Shown here in pieces: positions 10,603 to 20,232 of a stretch of DNA of 57,815 nucleotides. The translations under genes were made by a program, and so were the position numbers. Below the pieces are notes generated by a model that was not told where the DNA came from, ran no database searches, and saw only the letters and a list, made by a program, of their open reading frames with translations. This DNA is from Ignavibacteriales bacterium. Its GTDB lineage: Bacteria > Bacteroidota > Ignavibacteria > UBA10030. The stretch lies in the NCBI GenBank assembly GCA_037446575.1, contig JBBIII010000003.1, positions 1 to 57,815 on the forward strand. Direction: 5' to 3'. The stretch's first letter is position 1. Every line of letters starts with the position of its first letter.

Positions 10603-11265
10603 CTATTTATACCTTCTAAAAGGAATTAATAGTATCATTCCAGCTACAAAGCCACCAATATGTGCCCACCAAGCAACTCCACCCATACCAGCAGTCTCAT
10701 ATCCTAATGAAATCATACCATTTATAAATTGCAGTATAAACCATAGTCCAAGTATAATAAATGCAGGGAGTTCTGTGATTTGAATAAATACAAATATAGG
10801 AATTAATGTAACAACACGTGCTTTTGGAAACATTAGTAAATAAGCTCCAAGGACACCCGAAATTGAACCACTTGCGCCAATTGTAGGAATCATCGAAGTC
10901 GGCTCAATTATTATATGTAAAATCGATGCTGATACACCGCATAAAATGTAAAAAAGCAGAAAACGCATCCTCCCCATTTTATCTTCTACATTATCCCCAA
11001 AAACCCATAAGTACAGCATATTGCCCGCAAGATGTAACCAACCGCCATGTAAGAAAATGGAAGTTAGTAATGTCAATATTATCAGAGGATTAGCAAAATC
11101 TAAGTGAACTATTTTGTTAGGGATCATTCCATAATTAAAAAATAAATCATCAAATCTGTTTCCAAGAGAAAGTTGATAAAAAAACATTAGAACATTAATT
11201 ATTATAAGTAAAACCGTTACAATTGGAAATTTTCTAGTAGGATTTTTATCTCGCAATGGAATCAT
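10603..11265 (-). CDS. Rhomboid-family intramembrane serine protease
   Basis: 220 aa, about 6 TM segments. HGGWLHLAGNMLYLW, catalytic GASGSISGV, and His in WAHIGGF. Confidence 0.9.
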   Translation of the reverse strand: MIPLRDKNPTRKFPIVTVLLIIINVLMFFYQLSLGNRFDDLFFNYGMIPNKIVHLDFANPLIILTLLTSIFLHGGWLHLAGNMLYLWVFGDNVEDKMGRMRFLLFYILCGVSASILHIIIEPTSMIPTIGASGSISGVLGAYLLMFPKARVVTLIPIFVFIQITELPAFIILGLWFILQFINGMISLGYETAGMGGVAWWAHIGGFVAGMILLIPFRRYK

Positions 11266-11374
11266 AATAAATACTTAATAGTTTACTAAATTATATGGAA
11301 ACAAATTACTATAAGCAAGAATATGAAAAATTTGTATATGAAGCTAATTAGAAATACATTTTTATCCAGAATAA

Positions 11375-12781
<1,407 letters not shown>

Positions 12782-13015
12782 ATATTTATACTTTTTTATT
12801 TCTGATTTTTCGTGACACTTTAAAAAATATGTAAAGTGCTAGCTGATTAAATTGTCGTAAATGTAACTTTGTTTGGAATAGAAGTCTTACCAGCTATCAT
12901 TCACAGGGGCACATTCAATTAAACCATTTAATTGAATATCTGGCGTTTTTTTCAGACCTAATATCTAGCATACTTACATTTTATTTTTTGTTGATGAAAA
13001 TATTTAAATCCATTC

Positions 13016-13312
13016 TCATATTTCAACCAACGTTGCGTACTTTGCTTTACCATCCTTTAAAAACATTCCCAGCCGATTTACTAAATCTTCTCCGCTTTCT
13101 GTCATTCCATCTTCTAATGCCTCGTATTCTTCTTTTGAAGCACAGACAAATTCTTCAACAAAAAAGTTTTTCTTCCCTTTTTGCTCATAAATCGTGTAAT
13201 TCTTTTTTTGTTCGACGGCAAAATGTTTTTTTAATTCTTCAGCAAGTACAAGATATTCTTCTCTTTTTTCAGGATGAATCTCATACGATATTTGTAAAAT
13301 TACTTTTGTCAT
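13016..13312 (-). CDS. Hypothetical 98-aa protein, possibly an ABM/Dabb-like ferredoxin fold
   Basis: Balanced, charged composition with a beta-alpha-beta-beta-alpha-beta pattern (VILQISYEI / PEKREEYLVLAEELKKHF / NYTIYEQ..NFFVEEFVC / SKEEYEALE). The overlapping + strand ORF is low-complexity. The family assignment is tentative. Confidence 0.55.
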   Translation of the reverse strand: MTKVILQISYEIHPEKREEYLVLAEELKKHFAVEQKKNYTIYEQKGKKNFFVEEFVCASKEEYEALEDGMTESGEDLVNRLGMFLKDGKAKYATLVEI

Positions 13313-13333
13313 AAAGTCTTTCCAATTTTGTTT

Positions 13334-13708
13334 TTAATAGTTTTCCATTGCTTTTCTTATTTCTGATTCACTCATACCAAAATAATGCCCTAACTCGTGC
13401 AATAATACATCTCTTATATTCTTAATTATCTCGTTATTATTTCTTGAAATAGATTCAATATTTTTTTGGAATAATGTTATTTTATCAGGCACTGTCGGAT
13501 TAGCTCCATACCAACTGCCTCTATGTGATAAAGGAATGCCTTGATATAATCCTAACAATTGGTTCTTATTTGATTTAGTCTGACTTAAAATTTCATCTGT
13601 TGGATAATCTTCAATTACAATATGAATATTGTCTATTTTGTCGCTAAATATTTTCGGCAAGTTGTCGAACACTTCTCCGGCAATTTCCTCAAATTTAGTT
13701 CTATCCAT
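13334..13708 (-). CDS. Zincin-like metallopeptidase family protein (MMP-like, DUF1025/Zincin_1 type)
   Basis: 124 aa. HELGHYFG (HExxH) near the C-terminus and LLGLYQGIPL...PDKITLF, typical of this small family. Confidence 0.8.
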   Translation of the reverse strand: MDRTKFEEIAGEVFDNLPKIFSDKIDNIHIVIEDYPTDEILSQTKSNKNQLLGLYQGIPLSHRGSWYGANPTVPDKITLFQKNIESISRNNNEIIKNIRDVLLHELGHYFGMSESEIRKAMENY

Positions 13709-13719
13709 GTTTATTGGAA

Positions 13720-14421
13720 TTATATATTTAGATTATCAGCAATTATTTTAATACATGTAATCAGTATACTTAGTAAAATAAAAATAATTAAAATAGCTTT
13801 CCATAACTTTATTTGTGTGCTTACTTCAGTTCCTATTATTAGTAAAATAATTGACCATAAGATAAATAATGAATCAATCAAAATAAAAATGAAATACAGT
13901 TCTGGTTTTATTTTAATAGGATGAGGATTAAAAGTAAAAAGATACATTCCAAATGTCATCAACTGAATTGGAAGGATAACTATTAATGCAATTAAAGTTG
14001 GAAAAAACGAATAACTCGTAACAGCCAAAGAATTGCGAAATGTGTTTTTTCCTTTAAATATTCGAGTTAAAATCCAATGTATTGTTGGCACTACTACACT
14101 TAAAATTCCGCCTAAAATAAAACCTCCGATTGATAGAAAAATTATTAGAATAAGTAAATTATCAAATTTGTCTCCTTGTTCGTAATACCATGTAGTTGTG
14201 AACGAAATGAAAACGCCGGTGAGCAAATAAAGAAAAAAAGCATAGTTTTTATTCTTAGAAAGAGTAATTATTCTAAATGCATTTTTAGGATGCTCAATTA
14301 ATTGCCAGATTGTTGAAAAGAGATCTAAGTTTGCTATTTTGTTTTGCAAGTAACTACCACACTCATTACATGTAATTGCAAACTGATCGTTTTCCTTTTG
14401 ACATACTGAGCATATGAACAT
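13720..14421 (-). CDS. Zinc-ribbon plus Yip1-like multi-pass membrane protein
   Basis: 233 aa. N-terminal CSVC...CNEC zinc ribbon followed by about 5 TM helices in Yip1-domain style. Confidence 0.7.
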   Translation of the reverse strand: MFICSVCQKENDQFAITCNECGSYLQNKIANLDLFSTIWQLIEHPKNAFRIITLSKNKNYAFFLYLLTGVFISFTTTWYYEQGDKFDNLLILIIFLSIGGFILGGILSVVVPTIHWILTRIFKGKNTFRNSLAVTSYSFFPTLIALIVILPIQLMTFGMYLFTFNPHPIKIKPELYFIFILIDSLFILWSIILLIIGTEVSTQIKLWKAILIIFILLSILITCIKIIADNLNI

Positions 14422-14505
14422 GGAATTGATTCTTCCTTTATTATGTTAAATTGAAATTAGGAAGAATGTATAATTGAATCAATAATATTTTGGACTAAAT
14501 TGAAG

Positions 14506-15882
14506 TCAATTTAGCGGTTCAAATTTAGCAGTAAAATGTCTTAATATCGGTGCTTCTTCAATTATTTTATAACCTCGCAATTTTTTCCGATTTTTATAGA
14601 CATCTTCTGCCACTTCAATTACATAATCCATATGACTTTGTGTATATACGCGACGCGGAATTGCTAGTCTAACTAATTCCATAATTGGCGAAATTAAGTT
14701 GTGGGTCTTAGAATCATATTTACCAAACATTACGCTCCCAATTTCGACGCTTCGAATTCCACCTTTTCGGAATAATTCACATACAATTGCTTGTCCAGGA
14801 TACTGATATGGTGGAATAAAAGGTGCGAATTGCTTTGCATCTATATAAATTGCGTGGCCACCGGGCGGTTTTACTATTGGTATTCCGATAGAAATAAATT
14901 TATCACCTAAATATTCAACAGAGCGTATTCTATAACGTAGGTATTCTTCATCCATTACTTCATTTAGACCTTGGGCAATTGCTTCAAGATCACGACCAGC
15001 TAATCCTCCATAAGTTGTAAATCCTTCCGTTACAATCAAAAGTGTTCTAGCTTTTGCTGCAAGCACATCATCATTCATTGCCAAGAATCCGCCAATATTT
15101 ACCAATCCGTCTTTTTTAGCGCTCATTGTACATCCATCGGCATAGGAGAATATTTCACGTGCAATTTCTACCACTGATTTCTTTGAATATCCTTTTTCTC
15201 TTTTTTTAATAAAAAAAGAATTTTCAGCAAATCGGCACGCATCTAAAAAAAGCGGAATATTGTAGCGACTTAAAACTCTTTTGGTTTGTCTAATATTACT
15301 CATAGAAACTGGTTGACCGCCCCCGGAATTATTAGTTATAGTGAGCATACAAAGTGGAATATTTCCTGGCCCTTTTTCACAAATGAATCTTTCTAATGCG
15401 GCAATATCTATGTTGCCTTTAAAATCAGCAATATAATCCGGATGTTTTCCTTCTTCTATTAAGAAATCTACCGCTTCGGCGCCTGAATATTCTACGTTTG
15501 CCCTTGTTGTATCGAAGTGAGTATTATTGGGTATCCACTTCCCTTTTCCACCTACTATAGAAAAGAGAATTTTTTCTGCGGCGCGACCTTGGTGTGTTGG
15601 AATGATATGTTTGAATCTTGTTAAATTACGTACTGTTTTTTCAAATCGAAAATAGCTCCGCGAACCAGCATACGATTCATCGCCATCCAAAATACCAGAC
15701 CATTGTTTAGCGCTCATTGCTGTTGTGCCACTATCGGTCAATAGGTCTATTAAAACATCTTCTGCCGGTATTAAAAAAGTATTGTAATGAGCTTTTTTTA
15801 GAATTGCCTCTCGTTCTTTTTCTGTAGTGAACTTGATTGGTTCGACTGATTTTATTTTGAATGGTTCAATAATAGTTTTCAT
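14506..15882 (-). CDS. tnaA: Tryptophanase-like beta-eliminating PLP lyase
   Basis: 458 aa. FDTTRAN, ACRFAENSFFIK, MSAKKD (PLP Lys), VEIGSVMFGK and LRHFTAKF match my memory of E. coli TnaA rather than TPL. Confidence 0.88.
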   Translation of the reverse strand: MKTIIEPFKIKSVEPIKFTTEKEREAILKKAHYNTFLIPAEDVLIDLLTDSGTTAMSAKQWSGILDGDESYAGSRSYFRFEKTVRNLTRFKHIIPTHQGRAAEKILFSIVGGKGKWIPNNTHFDTTRANVEYSGAEAVDFLIEEGKHPDYIADFKGNIDIAALERFICEKGPGNIPLCMLTITNNSGGGQPVSMSNIRQTKRVLSRYNIPLFLDACRFAENSFFIKKREKGYSKKSVVEIAREIFSYADGCTMSAKKDGLVNIGGFLAMNDDVLAAKARTLLIVTEGFTTYGGLAGRDLEAIAQGLNEVMDEEYLRYRIRSVEYLGDKFISIGIPIVKPPGGHAIYIDAKQFAPFIPPYQYPGQAIVCELFRKGGIRSVEIGSVMFGKYDSKTHNLISPIMELVRLAIPRRVYTQSHMDYVIEVAEDVYKNRKKLRGYKIIEEAPILRHFTAKFEPLN

Positions 15883-15884
15883 GT

Positions 15885-16361
15885 TTATTCCTTTGTTAAG
15901 GAATATTCTTTACGCAGTTCTTTTAAAAGGTTCATTATATTATTCCAAGGTTTTTCATGCCACAATTGATGATTTTGAATCCCTCTTATTATTCCATTCT
16001 TATCAATAACATAAGTAAGATTTCGAAGAGCTAAACCACGTAACCAAATAGCGCGATAATTTCTACATACTTCAAGCGATGAATCTATTGTAATTGAAAT
16101 AGTATAGTTGTACAAATCTATAATTTTCTGTAGCTCAATCATCTCTTTAGGACTTATTATAACAACATTAGCGCCAAGTGATTTAGCTTTTAATAGATGT
16201 TGAAGAAATATATATGTATCCTTTGTGTGGGTCTTTGCAAAATCATCAGGAAAGAAAGACAATATAACAGGACCTTTACTTAGCAATTCTCTTAATCTAA
16301 CTATTTCGCCAGAATATGAACGCAATTTAAAATCTGGAGCTTTTAATCCAATGGGTAACAT
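15885..16361 (-). CDS. BCP/AhpC-TSA-like thioredoxin-fold protein lacking the peroxidatic cysteine
   Basis: 158 aa. It aligns to BCP (GLKAPDFKL..., VILSFFP..., LRNLTYVID), but the PxxxTxxC motif reads PDDFAKTH (Thr to Ala, Cys to His). A 2-nt gap separates it from tnaA. Confidence 0.75.
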   Translation of the reverse strand: MLPIGLKAPDFKLRSYSGEIVRLRELLSKGPVILSFFPDDFAKTHTKDTYIFLQHLLKAKSLGANVVIISPKEMIELQKIIDLYNYTISITIDSSLEVCRNYRAIWLRGLALRNLTYVIDKNGIIRGIQNHQLWHEKPWNNIMNLLKELRKEYSLTKE

Positions 16362-16382
16362 AAAATTATAATCAATTATATT

Positions 16383-16907
16383 TTATTCACTATCGTATTT
16401 GATAAGCGAATATACATCGTACTGATCTATTTTCTTTTTTCCTTGCAGGAAGGATAATTCGATTAAAAATGACACCCCCACAATATTTGCATTTAATTTT
16501 TCAACCAATTTGATTGCAGCATGCATGCTCCCCCCTGTAGCTAATAAGTCATCATGCAATAATATTCGCTCATTAGGTCTAATAGCATCTTTATGTATTT
16601 CCATTATATCAGTGCCATATTCAAGCGCATATTCTTCTTGTAAAACTTCTGCCGGAAGTTTCCCTTTTTTTCTTATTGGTACAAATCCTGCTCCTAAGTT
16701 AACAGCTAAAGCCGCTCCTATTATAAAACCTCGAGCTTCGATACCTACAACTTTGTCAATGTTTACGTGTTTATATTTTTCTACAAGCACGTTTATGACT
16801 TCTTGCAAAGTATCTTTATTTTTAAGCAATGTTGTTATATCTCGGAACATTATACCTTTTTTAGGGAAATCGGGTATGTTACGAATAGCATTTTTTAGAG
16901 CGTTCAT
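16383..16907 (-). CDS. apt: Adenine phosphoribosyltransferase
   Basis: 174 aa. IPDFPKKGIMFRDITTLL, VVGIEARGF and PRPP motif LLHDDLLATGGS. Confidence 0.95.
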   Translation of the reverse strand: MNALKNAIRNIPDFPKKGIMFRDITTLLKNKDTLQEVINVLVEKYKHVNIDKVVGIEARGFIIGAALAVNLGAGFVPIRKKGKLPAEVLQEEYALEYGTDIMEIHKDAIRPNERILLHDDLLATGGSMHAAIKLVEKLNANIVGVSFLIELSFLQGKKKIDQYDVYSLIKYDSE

Positions 16908-16923
16908 TTTTCAATTTCCTTTT

Positions 16924-17706
16924 CTACCATTTTAATTTTTCGTCATTGCGCATAGCTTCTATTCCATGCTTACTATCTTCGGTCATTCTGCTTAGTGCAT
17001 TCAAATGAGAAGCGTAATCCAACGCGTCGCTTGTTGTCATTCCATGTATGCGGGATAATAATTCTTTAATCAATCCCATAGAAGAGCCACTGTTATTAGA
17101 AATTAGTTCCTCAGCAAAATTTACAGCATATTTATTTAAATCAATCATGGGAACAACTTTATTGACTAATCCAATTCTAAACGCCTCTTCAGAATCAAAC
17201 ATATTACCGCTTATAACAATATCGCGTGCCCTACCTTCACCAATTTTTCGCACTATAAATAATAATGCAATTGCGGGAATTGAACCATATTGCACCTCAC
17301 TAAAACCGAATTTAGCTGTCTCGCGTGCAGAAATGATATAGTCGCAAACACTAATAAGTCCACAACCGACGGAAATTGCCGGGCCTTGTACAACTGCTAC
17401 AACTGGCTTACGAAGCGTATAAATCAGTTGGAACAATTTCATCGTATTTATTGAGTCTTGCAAATTTTGATTGAAATCATATTTTTCAATCTTTTCAAAG
17501 TATTTTAGTTCGTACCCTGAGCAAAATGTATCTCCTTCAGCTTTTAGGATTATAATTCTTATATTTGAATCTCTTTGAGCTTGTGTAAAAGCTTGCATTA
17601 ATTCTATTGACATCTGAGCATCAAACGCGTTCTTTGTGTCTGGACAGTTTAAAGTAATAACAGCTATGCGTTTTTCAGTAGAGTATATAATCCTTGAATA
17701 GTCCAA
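16924..17706 (-). CDS. Enoyl-CoA hydratase/isomerase (crotonase) family protein
   Basis: 260 aa. ITLNCPDTKNAF, FCSGYEL and VVAVVQGPAISVGCGL crotonase signature. Confidence 0.9.
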   Translation of the reverse strand: MDYSRIIYSTEKRIAVITLNCPDTKNAFDAQMSIELMQAFTQAQRDSNIRIIILKAEGDTFCSGYELKYFEKIEKYDFNQNLQDSINTMKLFQLIYTLRKPVVAVVQGPAISVGCGLISVCDYIISARETAKFGFSEVQYGSIPAIALLFIVRKIGEGRARDIVISGNMFDSEEAFRIGLVNKVVPMIDLNKYAVNFAEELISNNSGSSMGLIKELLSRIHGMTTSDALDYASHLNALSRMTEDSKHGIEAMRNDEKLKW

Positions 17707-17787
17707 CTTTATTATCTCGCTTATTTTACGAAAAAGTAGGAAGAAGGGGTATTAAAAGCAAGTAGTTGATTTGTTAAATAGCCGGGA

Positions 17788-18249
17788 CTATTTATGATAA
17801 TCAACTTTGATGTACGTTGTTTCTTTTGGAGTTGAAAGAACTAAACTTGTAGTTGTTTTTAAGACTCCAGGCCAAGCCTGAATTTTAGCTAATAATCGTT
17901 CAAGTCCATCTGTATTAGATGTACGAACCTTCAACAAATGAGTCCCTTCCCCGGTAATTGCATGGCACTCTAAGATTTCATCTGCTTTTAAAATATGTTC
18001 TATAAAACTTGGAAAATGTCTTGAGGAATCAATAGTAACAAGTATTAATGCTGTTATATCTTTTCCTAATCGCTTATAATTTAATTTTGCGTAATAACCC
18101 TCAATAATTCCTAACTCCTCTAACTTTTTTAATCTTTCACTTACAGCAGGTAATGATAGCCCAACTTTTTCTGCTAATTCATTACGTTTTGTTCTGCCCG
18201 ATTTTTGTAAATATTCAAGTAGTTCGCAATCCACTTTATCAAGCATCAT
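17788..18249 (-). CDS. Lrp/AsnC-family transcriptional regulator
   Basis: 153 aa. N-terminal HTH (RTKRNELAEKVGLSLPAVSERLKKLEELGII) plus a C-terminal RAM/AsnC domain. Confidence 0.9.
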   Translation of the reverse strand: MMLDKVDCELLEYLQKSGRTKRNELAEKVGLSLPAVSERLKKLEELGIIEGYYAKLNYKRLGKDITALILVTIDSSRHFPSFIEHILKADEILECHAITGEGTHLLKVRTSNTDGLERLLAKIQAWPGVLKTTTSLVLSTPKETTYIKVDYHK

Positions 18250-18271
18250 ATTAATTTCCTTAATGAAATTT

Positions 18272-18928
18272 TTAAGCTTTTGCTTTTTCGCGCAATAAAT
18301 TAATTGACTTTTTAATTGAATTTGTTTGAAATATTGCAGTGCCTGCCACTAAAACATCAGCCCCTGCTTTAACTACTTTTGCAACAGTAGTATTATCTAT
18401 TCCGCCATCGACTTGTAGAAAAATATTTTTATTTGTTTGTAATATCATTTCTCGTGTTTGTTGAATTTTCTTAACGCTATTCTTAATAAATTTTTGCCCT
18501 CCAAAACCCGGCTCGACAGTCATAATTAATACTAAATCTACTTCACAAATTATTTCACTTAATGTCCTAACAGGCGTAGCAGGATTTAACGAAATACCTG
18601 CCTTGCAACCGATATGTTTTATATCTTTAATTAGTTTATATAAATGATTTGTCGACTCTTGATGAACCGTAATTATATTTGCTCCGGCTTCTTTAAATGT
18701 TGATATATATTTTTCTGGTTCTGATATCATTAGATGAACATCTAATGGCAGCTTTGTATATTTTCTAATTGCAGCCACCAGTGATGGGCCAAATGTTATG
18801 TTTGGCACAAAATGTCCATCCATTATATCAAGATGTATCCAATCTGCTCCGCCCTTTTCTGCTTCTTTTACTTGTCGTCCTAACTCGGCAAAATCTGCCG
18901 CCAATATCGAAGGTGCAATTTTTATCAT
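18272..18928 (-). CDS. rpe: Ribulose-phosphate 3-epimerase
   Basis: 218 aa. APSILAADF, HLDIMDGHFVPN, MTVEPGFGGQKF and VDGG. Confidence 0.95.
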   Translation of the reverse strand: MIKIAPSILAADFAELGRQVKEAEKGGADWIHLDIMDGHFVPNITFGPSLVAAIRKYTKLPLDVHLMISEPEKYISTFKEAGANIITVHQESTNHLYKLIKDIKHIGCKAGISLNPATPVRTLSEIICEVDLVLIMTVEPGFGGQKFIKNSVKKIQQTREMILQTNKNIFLQVDGGIDNTTVAKVVKAGADVLVAGTAIFQTNSIKKSINLLREKAKA

Positions 18929-18943
18929 CTTACAATCTCTACC

Positions 18944-19702
18944 TTAATTTTTTTTATCAACTTTTTGAGCAACAATCAAATCAATAGCATACCCCAATGG
19001 CATTAAATTGCCAGCATTTGGAACTTGTTCAAGAACTGTATTTGGTAAAACATCAAGATTCAGCTGATATGATATTTTGCCTATTTGAAATCCATTGTCT
19101 CTTAAAATTTTTTCAGCTTCTGTTAAGGTTTTTAACGTAACATCCGGCACTAGATGAGTTTCCGATGTTTTCCCTTGACTAACAACGATATCAACCTTCG
19201 CTCCAGTTTTTACTTTCGAATTAGGTTCTTTATCTTGTCTAATAATTGTGTTCGAAAAAAACTCATCCGAAGGTTCATACGTAATGTTGCCTAACTTTAA
19301 TCCATTCCTTTCAAGATTAAATATAGCTTCTCGAATAGATTTGCCTCTTAAATTAGGCACTAAAATTAATTCTTCTCCGCCGCTGATAGTTAAATAAACA
19401 CCTCGCCCGTATTTCACTTCAGAGCCAGCGGAAGGATTTTGAAAAATCACAGTTCCAATTTCAAACCTTTTATCCATTTTGAATTCTGATATTTTAGGAA
19501 CTAGTTCCGATTCGTCTAATTTCTTTTGGGCTTCTTCAAGCGAAAAGCCAATTACATCTGGAACTTTAATAGTTTTCCCTTTTTGAACATATAGCGGCAT
19601 TATCAGATTATCTATCAATAAAAAAATAGCTAATCCAATAATTAACCAAAATGAAGTAAATCGAATTGTTTTTCTTATCTTCTTTTTTTTCAAGTGTTCC
19701 AT
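18944..19702 (-). CDS. Membrane-anchored protein with three PASTA repeats and no kinase or PBP domain
   Basis: 252 aa. One N-terminal TM helix, then three repeats of about 65 aa starting VPDVIGFSLEEAQKKL, VPNLRGKSIREAIFNL and VPDVTLKTLTEAEKIL. Confidence 0.8.
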   Translation of the reverse strand: MEHLKKKKIRKTIRFTSFWLIIGLAIFLLIDNLIMPLYVQKGKTIKVPDVIGFSLEEAQKKLDESELVPKISEFKMDKRFEIGTVIFQNPSAGSEVKYGRGVYLTISGGEELILVPNLRGKSIREAIFNLERNGLKLGNITYEPSDEFFSNTIIRQDKEPNSKVKTGAKVDIVVSQGKTSETHLVPDVTLKTLTEAEKILRDNGFQIGKISYQLNLDVLPNTVLEQVPNAGNLMPLGYAIDLIVAQKVDKKN

Positions 19703-19763
19703 ATTTTCAACAAAATATAATTATTAAAAGCATTAATTACAATTAACAAGTTCTTCAATAAAA

Positions 19764-19792
19764 TTGCATCTAAATCTAATCTTCTCTATATT
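19764..19792 (+). promoter_or_regulatory. Candidate sigma70-type promoter for the cdd-tdk-PNP-bshC unit
   Basis: TTGCAT - 17 nt - TATATT, ending 26 nt upstream of the cdd ATG in the divergent intergenic region. Confidence 0.4.
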
Positions 19793-19818
19793 TTTCAAGC
19801 ATTTATAGGAATATATTA

Positions 19819-20226
19819 ATGAAAAAAAAATACAGATATCTTACTGAGGCAGCGCAATCAGTAATGCAAAACGCTTACTCGCCGTTCTCAAAATTTCGTG
19901 TTGGCGCTGCTATTTTGACCAACGACGGTAAAATTATCACAGGCTGTAATATCGAAAACAGTTCGTTTAGTTTAACTATATGCGCTGAACGTGTTGCAAT
20001 CTTTAAGGCAATTTCAGAAGGTGTTACAAAATTCAAAGCAATCGCTGTAGTATCTGATGCTAAGGATTTTACTCCACCCTGCGGGGCATGCCGACAAGTT
20101 TTGGTTGATTTGGCTGGTAATATTGATATAGTACTTATCAATTCACATAATCAAATGAAAATAAAGAAGCTTAATGATCTTATTCCATTAGCATTCACGA
20201 AAAAGAAGTTGATGAAAGGAAAATAA
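19819..20226 (+). CDS. cdd: Cytidine deaminase (small tetrameric type)
   Basis: 135 aa. CAERVAIF and PCGACRQ zinc motifs. Confidence 0.9.
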   Translation: MKKKYRYLTEAAQSVMQNAYSPFSKFRVGAAILTNDGKIITGCNIENSSFSLTICAERVAIFKAISEGVTKFKAIAVVSDAKDFTPPCGACRQVLVDLAGNIDIVLINSHNQMKIKKLNDLIPLAFTKKKLMKGK

Positions 20227-20232
20227 TTAATA

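Noticed and set aside
12988-13314. 108-aa + strand ORF
   Set aside because: It has a low-complexity L/F/Q/H-rich translation and almost exactly mirrors the 98-aa minus-strand ORF. That ORF has protein-like composition and fits the local gene orientation.
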